DNA from: Bacteroidota bacterium
Lineage (GTDB): Bacteria; Bacteroidota; Bacteroidia; 2-12-FULL-35-15
Reading direction: 5' to 3'
DNA length: 64,000 bases
NCBI GenBank assembly: GCA_947476185.1
Contig: CANJPX010000003.1
Span: 8,707-72,706, forward strand
The notes under the pieces were generated by a model, which searched no databases, was not told the origin of the DNA, and worked only from the letters and a program-made list of their open reading frames with translations. Position 1 is the stretch's first letter; every line of letters begins with the position of its first letter. Below, piece by piece: positions 28,732 to 39,400 of the stretch. The translations under genes were made by a program, and so were the position numbers.

Positions 28732-29001
28732 ATGACTAAAAAAGAACTTCGCAAAGAACTCGAACTTACGTTGGTAAAAACAATTGAAGAAGTATTGAGT
28801 AAAAAAAATCCCGACAACGCAAAAAAATTGCGCAAAACAACTCAAGAGGCAAGCAAAGTAGTTGCTAAAAAATTTTATAAATCCTTGAAAGAAAAAGCGG
28901 TTGTTAAGACAAAAAACAAACCTGCCTTAAAAACAAAAAAGAAACCTGCTCTAAAAACAAAAGTCTCCACTCCTGTTAAGAAAGCGAAAATAAAAAAATA
29001 A
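28732..29001 (+). CDS. lysine-rich histone H1-like protein (hypothetical)
   Basis: 89 aa from MTKKELRKEL (ATG at 28732). The C-terminus has tandem KNKPALKTK KKPALKTK, encoded by a 24-bp direct repeat at 28918..28962, and ends KKAKIKK. It lies 35 nt upstream of the ppk ATG on the same strand. Confidence 0.6.
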   Translation: MTKKELRKELELTLVKTIEEVLSKKNPDNAKKLRKTTQEASKVVAKKFYKSLKEKAVVKTKNKPALKTKKKPALKTKVSTPVKKAKIKK

Positions 29002-29036
29002 AAACCACATTTTTGTGACGTTATTTTTTGTCGAAT

Positions 29037-31106
29037 ATGGCTAAGAAAAGTGTTGTTTTAATCAATCGTGAATTAAGTTGGCTGTCCTTTAATGAAAGGG
29101 TTTTGCAAGAAGCGGAAAACAAAACTGTTCCTCTAATTGAGCGTCTAAAATTTTTAGGTATTTATTCCAACAACAGAGATGAATTTTTTCGTGTTCGAGT
29201 AGCTACTCTTAAACGTGTTGTTAAACATCAAAAAAGGGCGGAAGAATTAATGGGTGAAAATCCTGTTCGCCTTTTGGAAAAGATTCAAAAAGCCGTAATT
29301 GCGCAGCAAGAAAAATTTGAACGTACCTACCAAGTCATTATTCGTGATTTAAATAAACACGGCATTTCAATAATAAATGAAAAGCAACTAACACCCATCC
29401 AAGGCGATTTTGTAAAGGATTATTTCAGAGAAAAAGTGAAGCCGTCTCTCTTTCCTATTATGCTGGACAACAAAGCACCTTTTCCTTATTTAAAAGACAG
29501 GTTAGGTTATTTAATTATAAAGTTTGGCAAAAAAGATGCAACTAAAAAAAGCAAGTTTGCCATCATTGAAGTTCCCACCGATAACATATCACGGTTTTTA
29601 GTATTGCCTAATGACAAAAATAAAAATTTTATTATTTTATTGGATGATGTCATTCGTTTTTGTTTGGATGACGTTTTTCAAAATTTCGAATACGATTATT
29701 TATACGCATACAATATAAAATTAACTCGTGATGCCGAAATTGATATGGACAACGATCTTGCAAAAAGTTTCGTTGAAAAAATTTCGAAAGGATTGAAAGC
29801 TCGCAAAAAAGGGCTGCCTGTGCGACTAGTTTATGACAGTGCGATTCCAAGCGACATGCTGGATTTTATTATGAAAAAAATAAAGTTGGGAAAAGAAGAC
29901 AACCCAATACCCGGAGGACGTTACCATAATTTTAAAGATTTTATTTCTTTCCCAAATGTGGGGAACCCCGATTTAAGTTATAAGAAAATTAAACCGATTA
30001 AACATCCCGATTTAAGTGACCAAACTTCCATTTTCAAAATAATAAAACAGAAAGATGTTCTTTTGACCTATCCTTATCAATCGTTTGATCACATTATCGA
30101 TTTTTTAAGGGAGGCTTCCATCGATCCGAAAGTACAAAGCATAAAAATTACCCTATACCGCGTTGCAAAACATTCTAGCATTGTACAGGCATTAATTAAT
30201 GCCTTAAAAAACGGCAAGCAAGTAACCGCTGTTATTGAGCTACAAGCAAGATTTGATGAAGAAGCAAACATATACTGGTCCGATAAACTAAAAGAAGAAG
30301 GTGCCAATGTTATTTACGGTGTGCCCGGATTAAAAGTACATTCTAAATTATTTTTGATTACCAGAAAGGAATCCGGAACAATCAATAAGTATGCTCATAT
30401 TGGAACGGGTAATTTTAATGGAGATACGGCAAAAGTATATACCGATCACACCTTGCTAACTTCAAACAAACAAATTACAGAAGAGGTTGATCGTGTTTTT
30501 AATTTTTATTTTGATAACTTTAAAGGTGGCAGCTACAAGCATCTATTAGTTTCTCCCTTTTTTATGCGCAAAAGGATTTATCAACTTATCAACAAGGAAA
30601 TTCAAAATGCTAAAGCAAACAAACCGGCTTCTTTGTGTTTAAAATTAAATAATTTAGTCGACCCAGAAATGATTCGGAAACTTTATGAGGCAAGTTCAGA
30701 AGGGGTTAAAATAAAATTAATTGTGCGTGGTATTTGTTCGCTTGTTGCTGGAGTGAAAGGGTTGAGTGAAAACATTGAAGCAATCAGTATTGTGGATAAA
30801 TATTTAGAGCATAGCAGGGTGTTCATATTTCATAACAACGGCGACGAAAAATACTTTATATCTTCGGCCGACTGGATGAGCCGAAATTTAGATTATCGTT
30901 CAGAAGTTGCTGTTCCTATTTATGACCAAAATATTAAAATACAATTGAAACAAATTATGGATGCTTTGTGGACAGACAATACCAAGGCGCGAATCTTGGG
31001 AAGCACACAAAATAACGTGTATCGTAAATCAACTAATAAAGTAAAAATTCGTGCACAGGAAGATATTATGTCTCTCTTAAAATCAAAACGAATAACTAAA
31101 CTTTGA
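29037..31106 (+). CDS. ppk: polyphosphate kinase 1
   Basis: About 689 aa. It has the N-terminal block NRELSWLSFNERVLQEA and two PLD-like HxK/HxR motifs (KVHSKLFLI, LEHSRVFIF). I chose the ATG at 29037. The track ORF starts at a TTG at 29028. Confidence 0.93.
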   Translation: MAKKSVVLINRELSWLSFNERVLQEAENKTVPLIERLKFLGIYSNNRDEFFRVRVATLKRVVKHQKRAEELMGENPVRLLEKIQKAVIAQQEKFERTYQVIIRDLNKHGISIINEKQLTPIQGDFVKDYFREKVKPSLFPIMLDNKAPFPYLKDRLGYLIIKFGKKDATKKSKFAIIEVPTDNISRFLVLPNDKNKNFIILLDDVIRFCLDDVFQNFEYDYLYAYNIKLTRDAEIDMDNDLAKSFVEKISKGLKARKKGLPVRLVYDSAIPSDMLDFIMKKIKLGKEDNPIPGGRYHNFKDFISFPNVGNPDLSYKKIKPIKHPDLSDQTSIFKIIKQKDVLLTYPYQSFDHIIDFLREASIDPKVQSIKITLYRVAKHSSIVQALINALKNGKQVTAVIELQARFDEEANIYWSDKLKEEGANVIYGVPGLKVHSKLFLITRKESGTINKYAHIGTGNFNGDTAKVYTDHTLLTSNKQITEEVDRVFNFYFDNFKGGSYKHLLVSPFFMRKRIYQLINKEIQNAKANKPASLCLKLNNLVDPEMIRKLYEASSEGVKIKLIVRGICSLVAGVKGLSENIEAISIVDKYLEHSRVFIFHNNGDEKYFISSADWMSRNLDYRSEVAVPIYDQNIKIQLKQIMDALWTDNTKARILGSTQNNVYRKSTNKVKIRAQEDIMSLLKSKRITKL

Positions 31107-31999
31107 AATTCGCGGCTATTGACATAGGCTCCAACGCCGTTCGATTATTGTTTTGTAATGTTTATGAAGACAATGGCAAAACCTACTATAAAAAAGCTGA
31201 GTTAATTCGTGTACCAATTCGCTTGGGAGAAGATTCTTTTCTGAACAAAAAAATATCCAATAAAAAAGCCGACAAACTAGTCACTGCCATGAAGGCTTTC
31301 AAACACCTGATTGATGTATATGACGCCATTGATTACCGTGCTTGCGCAACCTCTGCTATGCGCGATGCTGAAAACGGATACGATATTGTTACCCGTGTTA
31401 GAAAAGAAGCCGGAATAAAAATTGAAATCATTGATGGAAAAACAGAAGCGGATATTATTTTTTCAAATCACATAGAAGAACATTTAGACGAGGCAAACAA
31501 CTATTTGTACATTGATATAGGTGGAGGAAGTACAGAGATTACCCTGTTCTCCAAAAACAAAGTGGTTGTTTCACAATCATTCAACATTGGAACATTAAGA
31601 ATGTTGCACGAGCAAATTGACAAAGAATACTGGAGTTATTTTAAAAACTGGGTAAAAGAACAAACCGATGGCTATAAACCACTTATTGCAATTGGTTCGG
31701 GAGGAAACATCAATAAGCTTTTTAAAATGATTGGAAGAAAACCAAACAAGCCAATCTCAACACTTAAGATAAAAAATCTTTATGAAATTTTAGAATCCTA
31801 TTCTTACGAAGAGCGTATTCAAGTTTTTGGCTTGAACCCAGATCGTGCGGATGTAATTATTCCTGCATCAAAAATTTTATTGAGTGTTCTTAAAAAGGCA
31901 GATATCGAAAAAGTGTTAGTGCCACAAATTGGTTTGTCGGATGGAATTGTACACCTTTTATACGAAAAACATTTAGAGAAAAAAACAGAGAAGGGTTAA
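31103..31999 (+). CDS. ppx: exopolyphosphatase (Ppx/GppA family)
   Basis: 298 aa with the ASKHA phosphate motifs AAIDIGSNAVRLL and DIGGGSTEI. The TTG start overlaps the ppk stop (TTGA). The next in-frame Met would delete the first conserved motif. Confidence 0.88.
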   Translation: MKFAAIDIGSNAVRLLFCNVYEDNGKTYYKKAELIRVPIRLGEDSFLNKKISNKKADKLVTAMKAFKHLIDVYDAIDYRACATSAMRDAENGYDIVTRVRKEAGIKIEIIDGKTEADIIFSNHIEEHLDEANNYLYIDIGGGSTEITLFSKNKVVVSQSFNIGTLRMLHEQIDKEYWSYFKNWVKEQTDGYKPLIAIGSGGNINKLFKMIGRKPNKPISTLKIKNLYEILESYSYEERIQVFGLNPDRADVIIPASKILLSVLKKADIEKVLVPQIGLSDGIVHLLYEKHLEKKTEKG

Positions 32000-32085
32000 G
32001 TAATTATATTCTTTTTCTAGTCACCCTTCCACACAATTTTTTTTGTTTGATTTCGTACTTCTATAAAACTTCTCATATTGTTTGC

Positions 32086-32120
32086 AAAAAAAGGTCCGAA
32101 ATAATCCGGACCCTTTTTTT
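32086..32120. terminator. bidirectional intrinsic terminator between ppx and the 1399-aa gene
   Basis: Stem ggtccg (32093..32098) / cggacc (32107..32112), flanked by A7 and T7 runs. The T-run abuts the stop of the minus-strand gene. Confidence 0.65.
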
Positions 32121-35100
32121 AATTTTTCAATAATTGTACAAAACCTGTTGCTGTATATTCCTTATTATCAAACCCTATTGCCTTAATTAAATAATAATAC
32201 GTTCCGTCAGGGGCTTCTTTCCCGTTTATTTTACCATCCCACCCAACCGTTGGAGAACCGCTCCATTCTGCATCTTTTTTCCCCCATCGATTAAATATTG
32301 TACCACTTAATTCTTTTATTCCAACTGACTGAACAACAAAAATATCATTCTTTCCATCGCCGTTTGGAGTAAAAATATTTGGAACAATCATCGCAGCCAG
32401 ATCAAACACTTCTATGGTAATTAATGCTGTGTCTGAACATGCAAACGAACCATTATAGGCAACTAAAATTATTGTATAGCTGCCGTTTTGATTGTATATA
32501 ACCGACGGATTTGTAAAAGCGGATGATGTGCCATCACCGAAATCCCAAATATAGTTACTTGCACCATTTGATGTATTAGTTAGGTTAACAGTTAATGGGC
32601 TTGAGCCTGATGTTGGACTAGCAGAAAAAGATGCGCTTACACCCAATACACCGTTTACAACAACTGTTTGCGTTGATGTACACCCAATAGCATCTGTTAC
32701 CAGCAAAGTATACGACCCTGTTGCCAATCCCGAAAACGTAGCTGATGCTTGTGCCGGTCCTCCATTTAAAGAGTAAGTAAAAGGTGAAGCACCACCAGAA
32801 ACCACACCAGCAGTAATTGAACCGTCGGTATTTCCGCAAGTCGCATCCACTGTTGTAGCAGTTGCCATTGATAAAATATTGTTAACAGTTACCAAAACTC
32901 CTGCTGTATCACTACAAAATCCATTCGAAACAGTAACAGTATAAAATGTTGTTGATGAAGGTGTAGCAGTTGGAGTTGCCGATGTTGTAATGCTTAATCC
33001 TGCAGCAGGACTCCACAAATAGGTTCCTCCACCACCTGAAGCTAAAATTGTTGATGCACCATTACATATTACTACATCGGCACTCGCTGTTGCTGATGGC
33101 ACAGGATTTACCGTAACCACAACACTTGCTGTTGCCGTACAACCACTTCCACTGGTTACCGTTACAGTATAGTTGGTTGTTGTAGTCGGAGTTGCAACAG
33201 GATTTGATATTGTAGAACTGCTCAACAATCCTGACGGTGACCACAAATATGTTCCACCACCAGTTGCGCCTAATGTTGTTGAGGAGCCATTACATATACT
33301 TGCTGCAGAACCTGCGGAAGCAATTGGTAATGAATGAACAATTACACTTACAGTATCTGATGACGAACACCCATTGACATCAGTTCCAACGACAGTATAG
33401 GTTGTTGATGTTGTTGCACTTGATGTAGGATTAAAAATAGTAGAACTGCTCAAAGAGCTAGCAGGTGTCCAAACATACCCTATTCCACCGCTTGCACTCA
33501 AAATTGTTGTGGTTCCGTTACAAATTCCAACTGCGGTTCCTGCATTTATTAATGGCAAAGGATTAACTGTTACTGTAACATATGCTGTGTCTATACATCC
33601 CGAACCAGCAGTACCAACCACGGTATAGGTTGTTGTGCTCGTTGGCGAAGCAATCGGATTTGCTATTATTGCACTGCTCAATGACGCTGCAGGAGACCAT
33701 GAATAGGAGGTTGCTCCAAAACCGGTCAAGGCTGTATTACTTCCATTACAGATAGATGCACTTGCACTGCTTGCTGTAACAGCAATTCCACTTAAACTAA
33801 TTGTTACAAAATCTGAAGAGGAACACCCGTTTACATCCGTTCCGATAACGGTATAAGTAGTTGACAAGGGTGGTGTTGCAACCGGACTTGCAATCAAAGA
33901 ATTATCAAGTGTAGCAGCAGGAGTCCAAACATATGTTGATCCGCCAGTTCCAGATAATGTAGTACTTGCACCGGGGCAAATACTTGTATTTATTCCAGCA
34001 TCTATTAGTGGCAAAGGGTTAACTGTAACTAAAACATTATCTGTTGCAGAACAACCATTACCGTCTGTTCCAACTATTGTATATGTTGTTGTTGTTAAAG
34101 TACTTGAAACAGGATTCGAAATAACAGTGCTACTCAACGATCCTGCAGGAGACCATACATAACTAACTCCACCACTTCCATTTAAAGTTGTGGTAGCGCC
34201 TATGCAAATTGAAGTTGCTGCACCTGCATCTATTAGTGGCAAAGGGTTTACAGTAACAGTTACATAAGCAGTATCCTTACAACCGGTTGAGCCGGTGCCA
34301 ATTACCATATAAGTGGTGGTGGTGGGGGGGGTTGCTACAGGGCTCGAAACCGTTGAATTACTAAGCGATCCGGCGGGTGACCATAAATAATTTGATGCAC
34401 CAAAGGCGCTCAAAGCTGTATTTGCACCAGCGCAAATTGTTGCTGTTCCGCCTGCAATAACGTTTATGGGGTTTATTGAAATGGTAACCACATCTGACTT
34501 CGTACAACCGTTTAAATCGGTTCCAATAACAGAGTAAGTTGTAGTTACTGTTGGCGAAGCAACGGGATTTGAAATTGTCGGATTACTTAATGAACCAGCA
34601 GGAGACCAAACATAACTGCTTGCCCCCGAACCGTTCAGCGTAATAGTCGAACTAGGACAAATTGTTGTATTGGCCCCTGCATCAACTATCGGTAAAGGAT
34701 TTACGGTGATAACAACATTGTCTGTTGCAGAACATCCATTTCCATCTGTTCCAACCAACGTATATGTAGTGGTTGTGCCGGCACTTGACACAGGATTTGA
34801 AATTACTCCACTACTCAATGACCCTGCCGGTGTCCAGGCATAAACAGTTGCTCCAGACCCAGATAATGTGGTGGTCGTTCCAGCACAAATAGTCGCTGCG
34901 GCACCCGCATCCACTATCGGTAAAGGGTTTACGGTTATTGTAACTGTAGCTGTAGAAGTGCATAATAATGCACCTTGACTAACTGTAACAGTATAAGTTG
35001 TAGTTGTTGTTGGACTAGCAACAGGATTTGAAATTGCAGGATTACTCAATCCTGTAATGGGGCTCCAAGAATATACTGATCCGCCTGTAGCACCTAATGT

Positions 35101-36318
35101 AGTTGAAGATCCCGAACAAATTGTAGCATTTGGTCCTGCTATTGCAATTGGATTTGCAATAGCAACCGTAACTGTATCTGACCCTGTACAACCGGAACCA
35201 TCCACAACAGAAACGGTATATGTAGTAGTAGTTCCCGGTGTTGCGATAGGATTTGAAATGGCGGGATTACTTAAACTTCCTGCCGGGGACCATGTGTAGC
35301 TAATTGCTGTTGCTGAGATTGCTGCCAAACTTGTCGATTGTCCCGAACAAATAGGCGTATAAGCTCCTGCATCAACTGAAGCGTTGCCGGCAAGAACGAC
35401 CACAGTATCTGTATTCGTTCCCGCGATAGATGCACTACAGCCGTTTGCGTTTAACACCTCTGCATAATAATATTGTGGCGTTATCAGAGGAGTAACCGTA
35501 ATAGGAGTCCCTGTTCCAATTAAAATGTTTGCTGGTAAAATATACCAGTTTATTGTATATACAGGGGTGCCATTGGGTGTAAAACGTGTTGATTCATTCG
35601 TTGCAGTCCACTGGGTATTATTTCTTCCCGGAACAATAACGGCTAGAGTTCCTGTGGAATTATGTAACCCATGAACAGCGTTGCCGCTATTCCATGTTGT
35701 ACAAAGAGATTTATTTGCGATATGAGTCTCAATAATGTTTGTTGTTTCGTAAATTGTTATTTGACTTGAATACAACTGGCCTGTGCAAGAAAACATGGGG
35801 ACATTATTCCACGAAACAGACAGTCTACGAAAAGGAGCTGTTCCGTATAGTGCATAAGAAACTGATCCTCCCACTCCGGGATTAATATCTTGCCAAGCAC
35901 CCATAATTGTATTCTTTGGAGCTGTCCCAGATGCGTTAGGAATTGCAGTTGTTACCCAAGTGGATGTTTCTCCAGATTGAAATCCTATCCAGTTATTTGA
36001 TCCTATAATAAATTGTGTATATGTGTTCCCAAAAAAACAGAAGGAGAATCCTATTGGCAAAAACCCAGTTTGAGAATCATCTGATAACGTAACCCCTGTT
36101 CCACCTGTTAGGGGATCAGGAGCATAAGGTATTGAACTAATATTATAGTTGTCTGTGGGCAAACTTCCACTCGCGCCTGCCGGTATCACTACTGCTGAAA
36201 GTGTTGCGCTGCTTCCACCACAAACTGTTTGTGTTTCCGGTGAAGCATCAATAGTTTGAGCAAATGTTTGGATTGTTCCTAAAAATAATCCCCAAAAAAG
36301 AACAGTAATTTTTTTCAT
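32119..36318 (-). CDS. giant T9SS type B cargo (gliding-motility-associated C-terminal domain protein)
   Basis: 1399 aa from MKKITVLFWGLFLGTIQTFAQ (ATG at 36318). It has a roughly 300-aa N-terminal domain, 11 Ig-like repeats, a SprB-type repeat (DATCGNTDGSI..FTYSLNGG), PKD (WDFGDGTSS) and a C-terminal NIFTPNGDGKNDIFVV...WDGK..G...PDGTYYYLI...VQLLKN (CHU_C / type B CTD). Confidence 0.9.
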   Translation of the reverse strand: MKKITVLFWGLFLGTIQTFAQTIDASPETQTVCGGSSATLSAVVIPAGASGSLPTDNYNISSIPYAPDPLTGGTGVTLSDDSQTGFLPIGFSFCFFGNTYTQFIIGSNNWIGFQSGETSTWVTTAIPNASGTAPKNTIMGAWQDINPGVGGSVSYALYGTAPFRRLSVSWNNVPMFSCTGQLYSSQITIYETTNIIETHIANKSLCTTWNSGNAVHGLHNSTGTLAVIVPGRNNTQWTATNESTRFTPNGTPVYTINWYILPANILIGTGTPITVTPLITPQYYYAEVLNANGCSASIAGTNTDTVVVLAGNASVDAGAYTPICSGQSTSLAAISATAISYTWSPAGSLSNPAISNPIATPGTTTTYTVSVVDGSGCTGSDTVTVAIANPIAIAGPNATICSGSSTTLGATGGSVYSWSPITGLSNPAISNPVASPTTTTTYTVTVSQGALLCTSTATVTITVNPLPIVDAGAAATICAGTTTTLSGSGATVYAWTPAGSLSSGVISNPVSSAGTTTTYTLVGTDGNGCSATDNVVITVNPLPIVDAGANTTICPSSTITLNGSGASSYVWSPAGSLSNPTISNPVASPTVTTTYSVIGTDLNGCTKSDVVTISINPINVIAGGTATICAGANTALSAFGASNYLWSPAGSLSNSTVSSPVATPPTTTTYMVIGTGSTGCKDTAYVTVTVNPLPLIDAGAATSICIGATTTLNGSGGVSYVWSPAGSLSSTVISNPVSSTLTTTTYTIVGTDGNGCSATDNVLVTVNPLPLIDAGINTSICPGASTTLSGTGGSTYVWTPAATLDNSLIASPVATPPLSTTYTVIGTDVNGCSSSDFVTISLSGIAVTASSASASICNGSNTALTGFGATSYSWSPAASLSSAIIANPIASPTSTTTYTVVGTAGSGCIDTAYVTVTVNPLPLINAGTAVGICNGTTTILSASGGIGYVWTPASSLSSSTIFNPTSSATTSTTYTVVGTDVNGCSSSDTVSVIVHSLPIASAGSAASICNGSSTTLGATGGGTYLWSPSGLLSSSTISNPVATPTTTTNYTVTVTSGSGCTATASVVVTVNPVPSATASADVVICNGASTILASGGGGTYLWSPAAGLSITTSATPTATPSSTTFYTVTVSNGFCSDTAGVLVTVNNILSMATATTVDATCGNTDGSITAGVVSGGASPFTYSLNGGPAQASATFSGLATGSYTLLVTDAIGCTSTQTVVVNGVLGVSASFSASPTSGSSPLTVNLTNTSNGASNYIWDFGDGTSSAFTNPSVIYNQNGSYTIILVAYNGSFACSDTALITIEVFDLAAMIVPNIFTPNGDGKNDIFVVQSVGIKELSGTIFNRWGKKDAEWSGSPTVGWDGKINGKEAPDGTYYYLIKAIGFDNKEYTATGFVQLLKN
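32884..35385 (-). repeat. eleven in-frame tandem ~227-bp (~76-aa) Ig-like modules with a 3-module higher-order duplication
   Basis: Unit: NPLP..AG....IC.G..T.L.A.GG..Y.WSPA..LS...ISNPVA.P..TTTYTV.G.D..GC...D.V.VTV. Modules 3-4-5 and 6-7-8 are pairwise most alike (…DGNGCSATDNVVITV/…DGNGCSATDNVLVTV; …CKDTAYVTVTV/…CIDTAYVTVTV). NPLP boundaries fall near 34925, 34695, 34245, 34015 and 33555. Confidence 0.8.
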
Positions 36319-36347
36319 ACTTACCTGCATATTAATAAATTCATACA

Positions 36348-36355
36348 CAAAGGTA
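36348..36355 (-). promoter_or_regulatory. candidate -7 promoter box (TACCTTTG) for the 1399-aa gene
   Basis: Exact TAnnTTTG match on the minus strand, 30 nt upstream of the ATG at 36318. Confidence 0.4.
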
Positions 36356-36395
36356 GCAAGAGGAGTGAACCCTGTCTATTTTTTTAGACGAATAG

Positions 36396-36435
36396 ATCAA
36401 AACGTAACCTCAAAGAGCATTTGAAGTTACGTTTT
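36396..36435 (-). terminator. probable intrinsic terminator after the 1100-aa gene
   Basis: On the minus strand, AAAACGTAACTTCAAA / TTTGAGGTTACGTTTT (one G-U pair, 5-nt loop) lies directly after the stop at 36437. The U-tail is short and partly within the stem. Confidence 0.45.
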
Positions 36436-36436
36436 A

Positions 36437-39400
36437 TTACTTTCCTAAAAGCTGCAAATAACCTTTGTTATCAAACTTTTTCCCGTTTATAGATTCTGCT
36501 GAAATGATGTAGAAATATGTTCCATCATGTGCGTTAGAGCCTGTCCAGCTTTTGGTGATGTCATCAGATTCAAACTCCTTTTTACCCCAGCGATTATAAA
36601 TTACAATAGAATATGTTTTTATTCCGTTAGCAGTTATTTTGAACTCATCATTTTTGCCATCTCCGTTTGGTGTAAATATATTTGGGATTGTCAAATCACA
36701 ATCCAGTAAAATGTCAACCATCACAGTGTCTATTGTTACCACCCCACAAGCATCTGTAACGATAACCTGATACACATTTGTCGCCGGTGCAGAAGGCGTT
36801 ACGTGTGCCGTTGAAGAATTTGAATTATAAATAGAATCTGCAGAAAGTCCGGATATTAAGGTCCAGGAATAACTATTTCCTCCATATCCTCCAGCAACGA
36901 TTGACTCCAAATTAAACATTGACCCAACACACACCTCCTGGTTGTTCCCTGCATCTATTGTCAATGGCGAAACAAGTGGCACTATTACAGTAACGCTGTC
37001 TATTGAGGCACCAGCTGCGCACTGACTTGTTCCGGAAACGGTATACGTTGTTGTTACAGCCGGATTTGCAAATGGATTTGAAATTAATGGATTTGAAAGC
37101 GTTCCGATTGGCGACCATACATATTGCGAAGCACCGGTTGCATTTAACATTGTTGGTACACCCGGACAAATTGTTACATCATTACCTGCATCAACAGAAA
37201 GTATAGATACGTTTGCAACTACATCCACATATGCCGTGTCAAAACATCCGCTAACGGTGTCTGTTACGATCACATAATATTGCGTATTTGCAGCCGGTAC
37301 AGCTCCCGTTGTTTGATTTGTAGGAGTAAATATTCCGATTGGAGGCGCCCACAAATAACTATATACACTGGAATCAGGTGCTGCACCACAATAATAGAAA
37401 CGGATGTTTGGTCTGTTACTGATAGCTGTAGCTGAGCCCAAGTCGGGACACATTGGTGACGAGTCGCTATAATTATACAAACATGAAACAAACGGTGTTG
37501 TTGTATAAGGAGAGGTGCAACTCTGAGTATAATTAGGATATGGAGGGCCTTCGTTGAAACAGATCTCTACGACTAAATTTGAAATTCCATCCCATTCGTA
37601 AGCCATATCAAAGTTGTGTGCATTCCATCCAACGGTAACTGTAAAATTTTTAGGAGTATAAACATTGGACAACCCTGTAACCCAGGTTGTGAGTGCGGTT
37701 AGGTTGGTACAACCCATATTAATTGTATAATTATGATATAAAGAAATACCGTTTATCGCAATCACATCAAAGTCTATCTGATCAATTTTTCCACCTGAAA
37801 TTCCTGCTGCATTTAATTCAGAAGCTAAAAACAACATTTGATGTTTTCCGGAGGTATACCAGTTTGCATAAGGCGCCGGCCATGAAGTGGGTGTGTTTGT
37901 CGCAACTCCTGCTCCCACCTGGGCCATCAGTGTTGCTGCACAACCTACCGGATTTGTTCCACATACTGATGGAACACTCGCTCCAAAAGTTACCCCTAAC
38001 AGAACAGTGTCACCAACACAGACAATCGAATCGGAAATATAAGAAACCGGGTTTGGTGGATAGCTGGCATTAATAACTATTGAGGCTGTGTCTGTTTTTA
38101 CGCAACCCAAAGGACTGGTAATATTAACATAATAAGTATAAGTACCAGGGCTCGTAATTGTTGCTGTCGGATTTGAAATACTTGGATCATCTAAATAGGT
38201 TGATGGAGACCAAGAATAAGTATATGTTCCACCCGGAGTTGCAGAAGCGTCAAACTGAATTGGCTGCAACAAACAAGATGTTGAAGCACTTTGAACGGTT
38301 GTCAAACTAAAATCGGCAACAACAGTAACGGTCACAGTGTCTTTGTTTACGCATGTTCCGCTAAGATCGCTAACAACTTCGTATGTAGTAGTCGCAGATG
38401 GCGAAGCAAGGGGATTCGAGCAGGGATTACAAGAAAAATTCGTTCCAACGACCATTGGAGGTCCGCTTATTACACTCCAATTGAACACACTTCCACCTGT
38501 GCCGGCGAGCGAGGCTGTTTGAGTACCACAAATTATCTGATCTGAACCGCCAAGGGTTCGGGGATTAACATTCACATCATAAACAAACGTTTGTTGTCCG
38601 AGTACAGGGCATGCGCCATCGTTGATTGTAACAGTGAAGGTGGTGTTTGTTCCTGCGCTTCCGCCGGGAGCGATCCAGCTAATTGTTATTATGAAAGGAT
38701 TTGTTCCACTGGTAGTTACTATTGCACCAGGCAATACAGCTAATATATTAGAAATATAGGAAAGGGTGTCGCCAAGGTTTGAATCCGTGAATGTTGCGTT
38801 GAATGAAAATGTTGAACCTTCGCACATCTCGAGTGAATATGGGCCTGAAAGCACAGCTGTTCCCGTTAACCCGGCAATAGAGCCAGCCACAGGGGCGGGG
38901 TCCGGGACAATGTTTGAACACGCCTGAACAATGAATTGAATATCACGCATAACTGTTCCAATAAGATTTCCTGCCGCATCATATTCCTTAACAAGCACAA
39001 CAACAACAAAGTTCCCAAGTGTTAGAGGAGTAAATGTTAACTGTCCTGTATTCGGATCGATAACGATTCCGGGTATGGGAGATGTTGCGGAATAACCGGC
39101 GGTATAAACTAGTGGTGCTGCTCCAGCATCCATCGCATTGATCAAAGAAAAATATAGTGAATCGCCATCTGTTTCAACTACACCATAATTATAATTTACC
39201 AATTGCCCCTGACAAACATAGGGAATGGGTTGAGATGTAAATGAAGGGGAGTTGTTGCATAAAGAAGTACTGCTATTTAAGGTTGCTTCGATATAACTAC
39301 CAAAACTTGAGGGTGTAACAAGGTTAAGAATTGCCGCATTTCTGCAGCATGTTGTCCAACTCATTGTCCATGTGTCGCAAGGAGCAACAAGTGTAACGAT

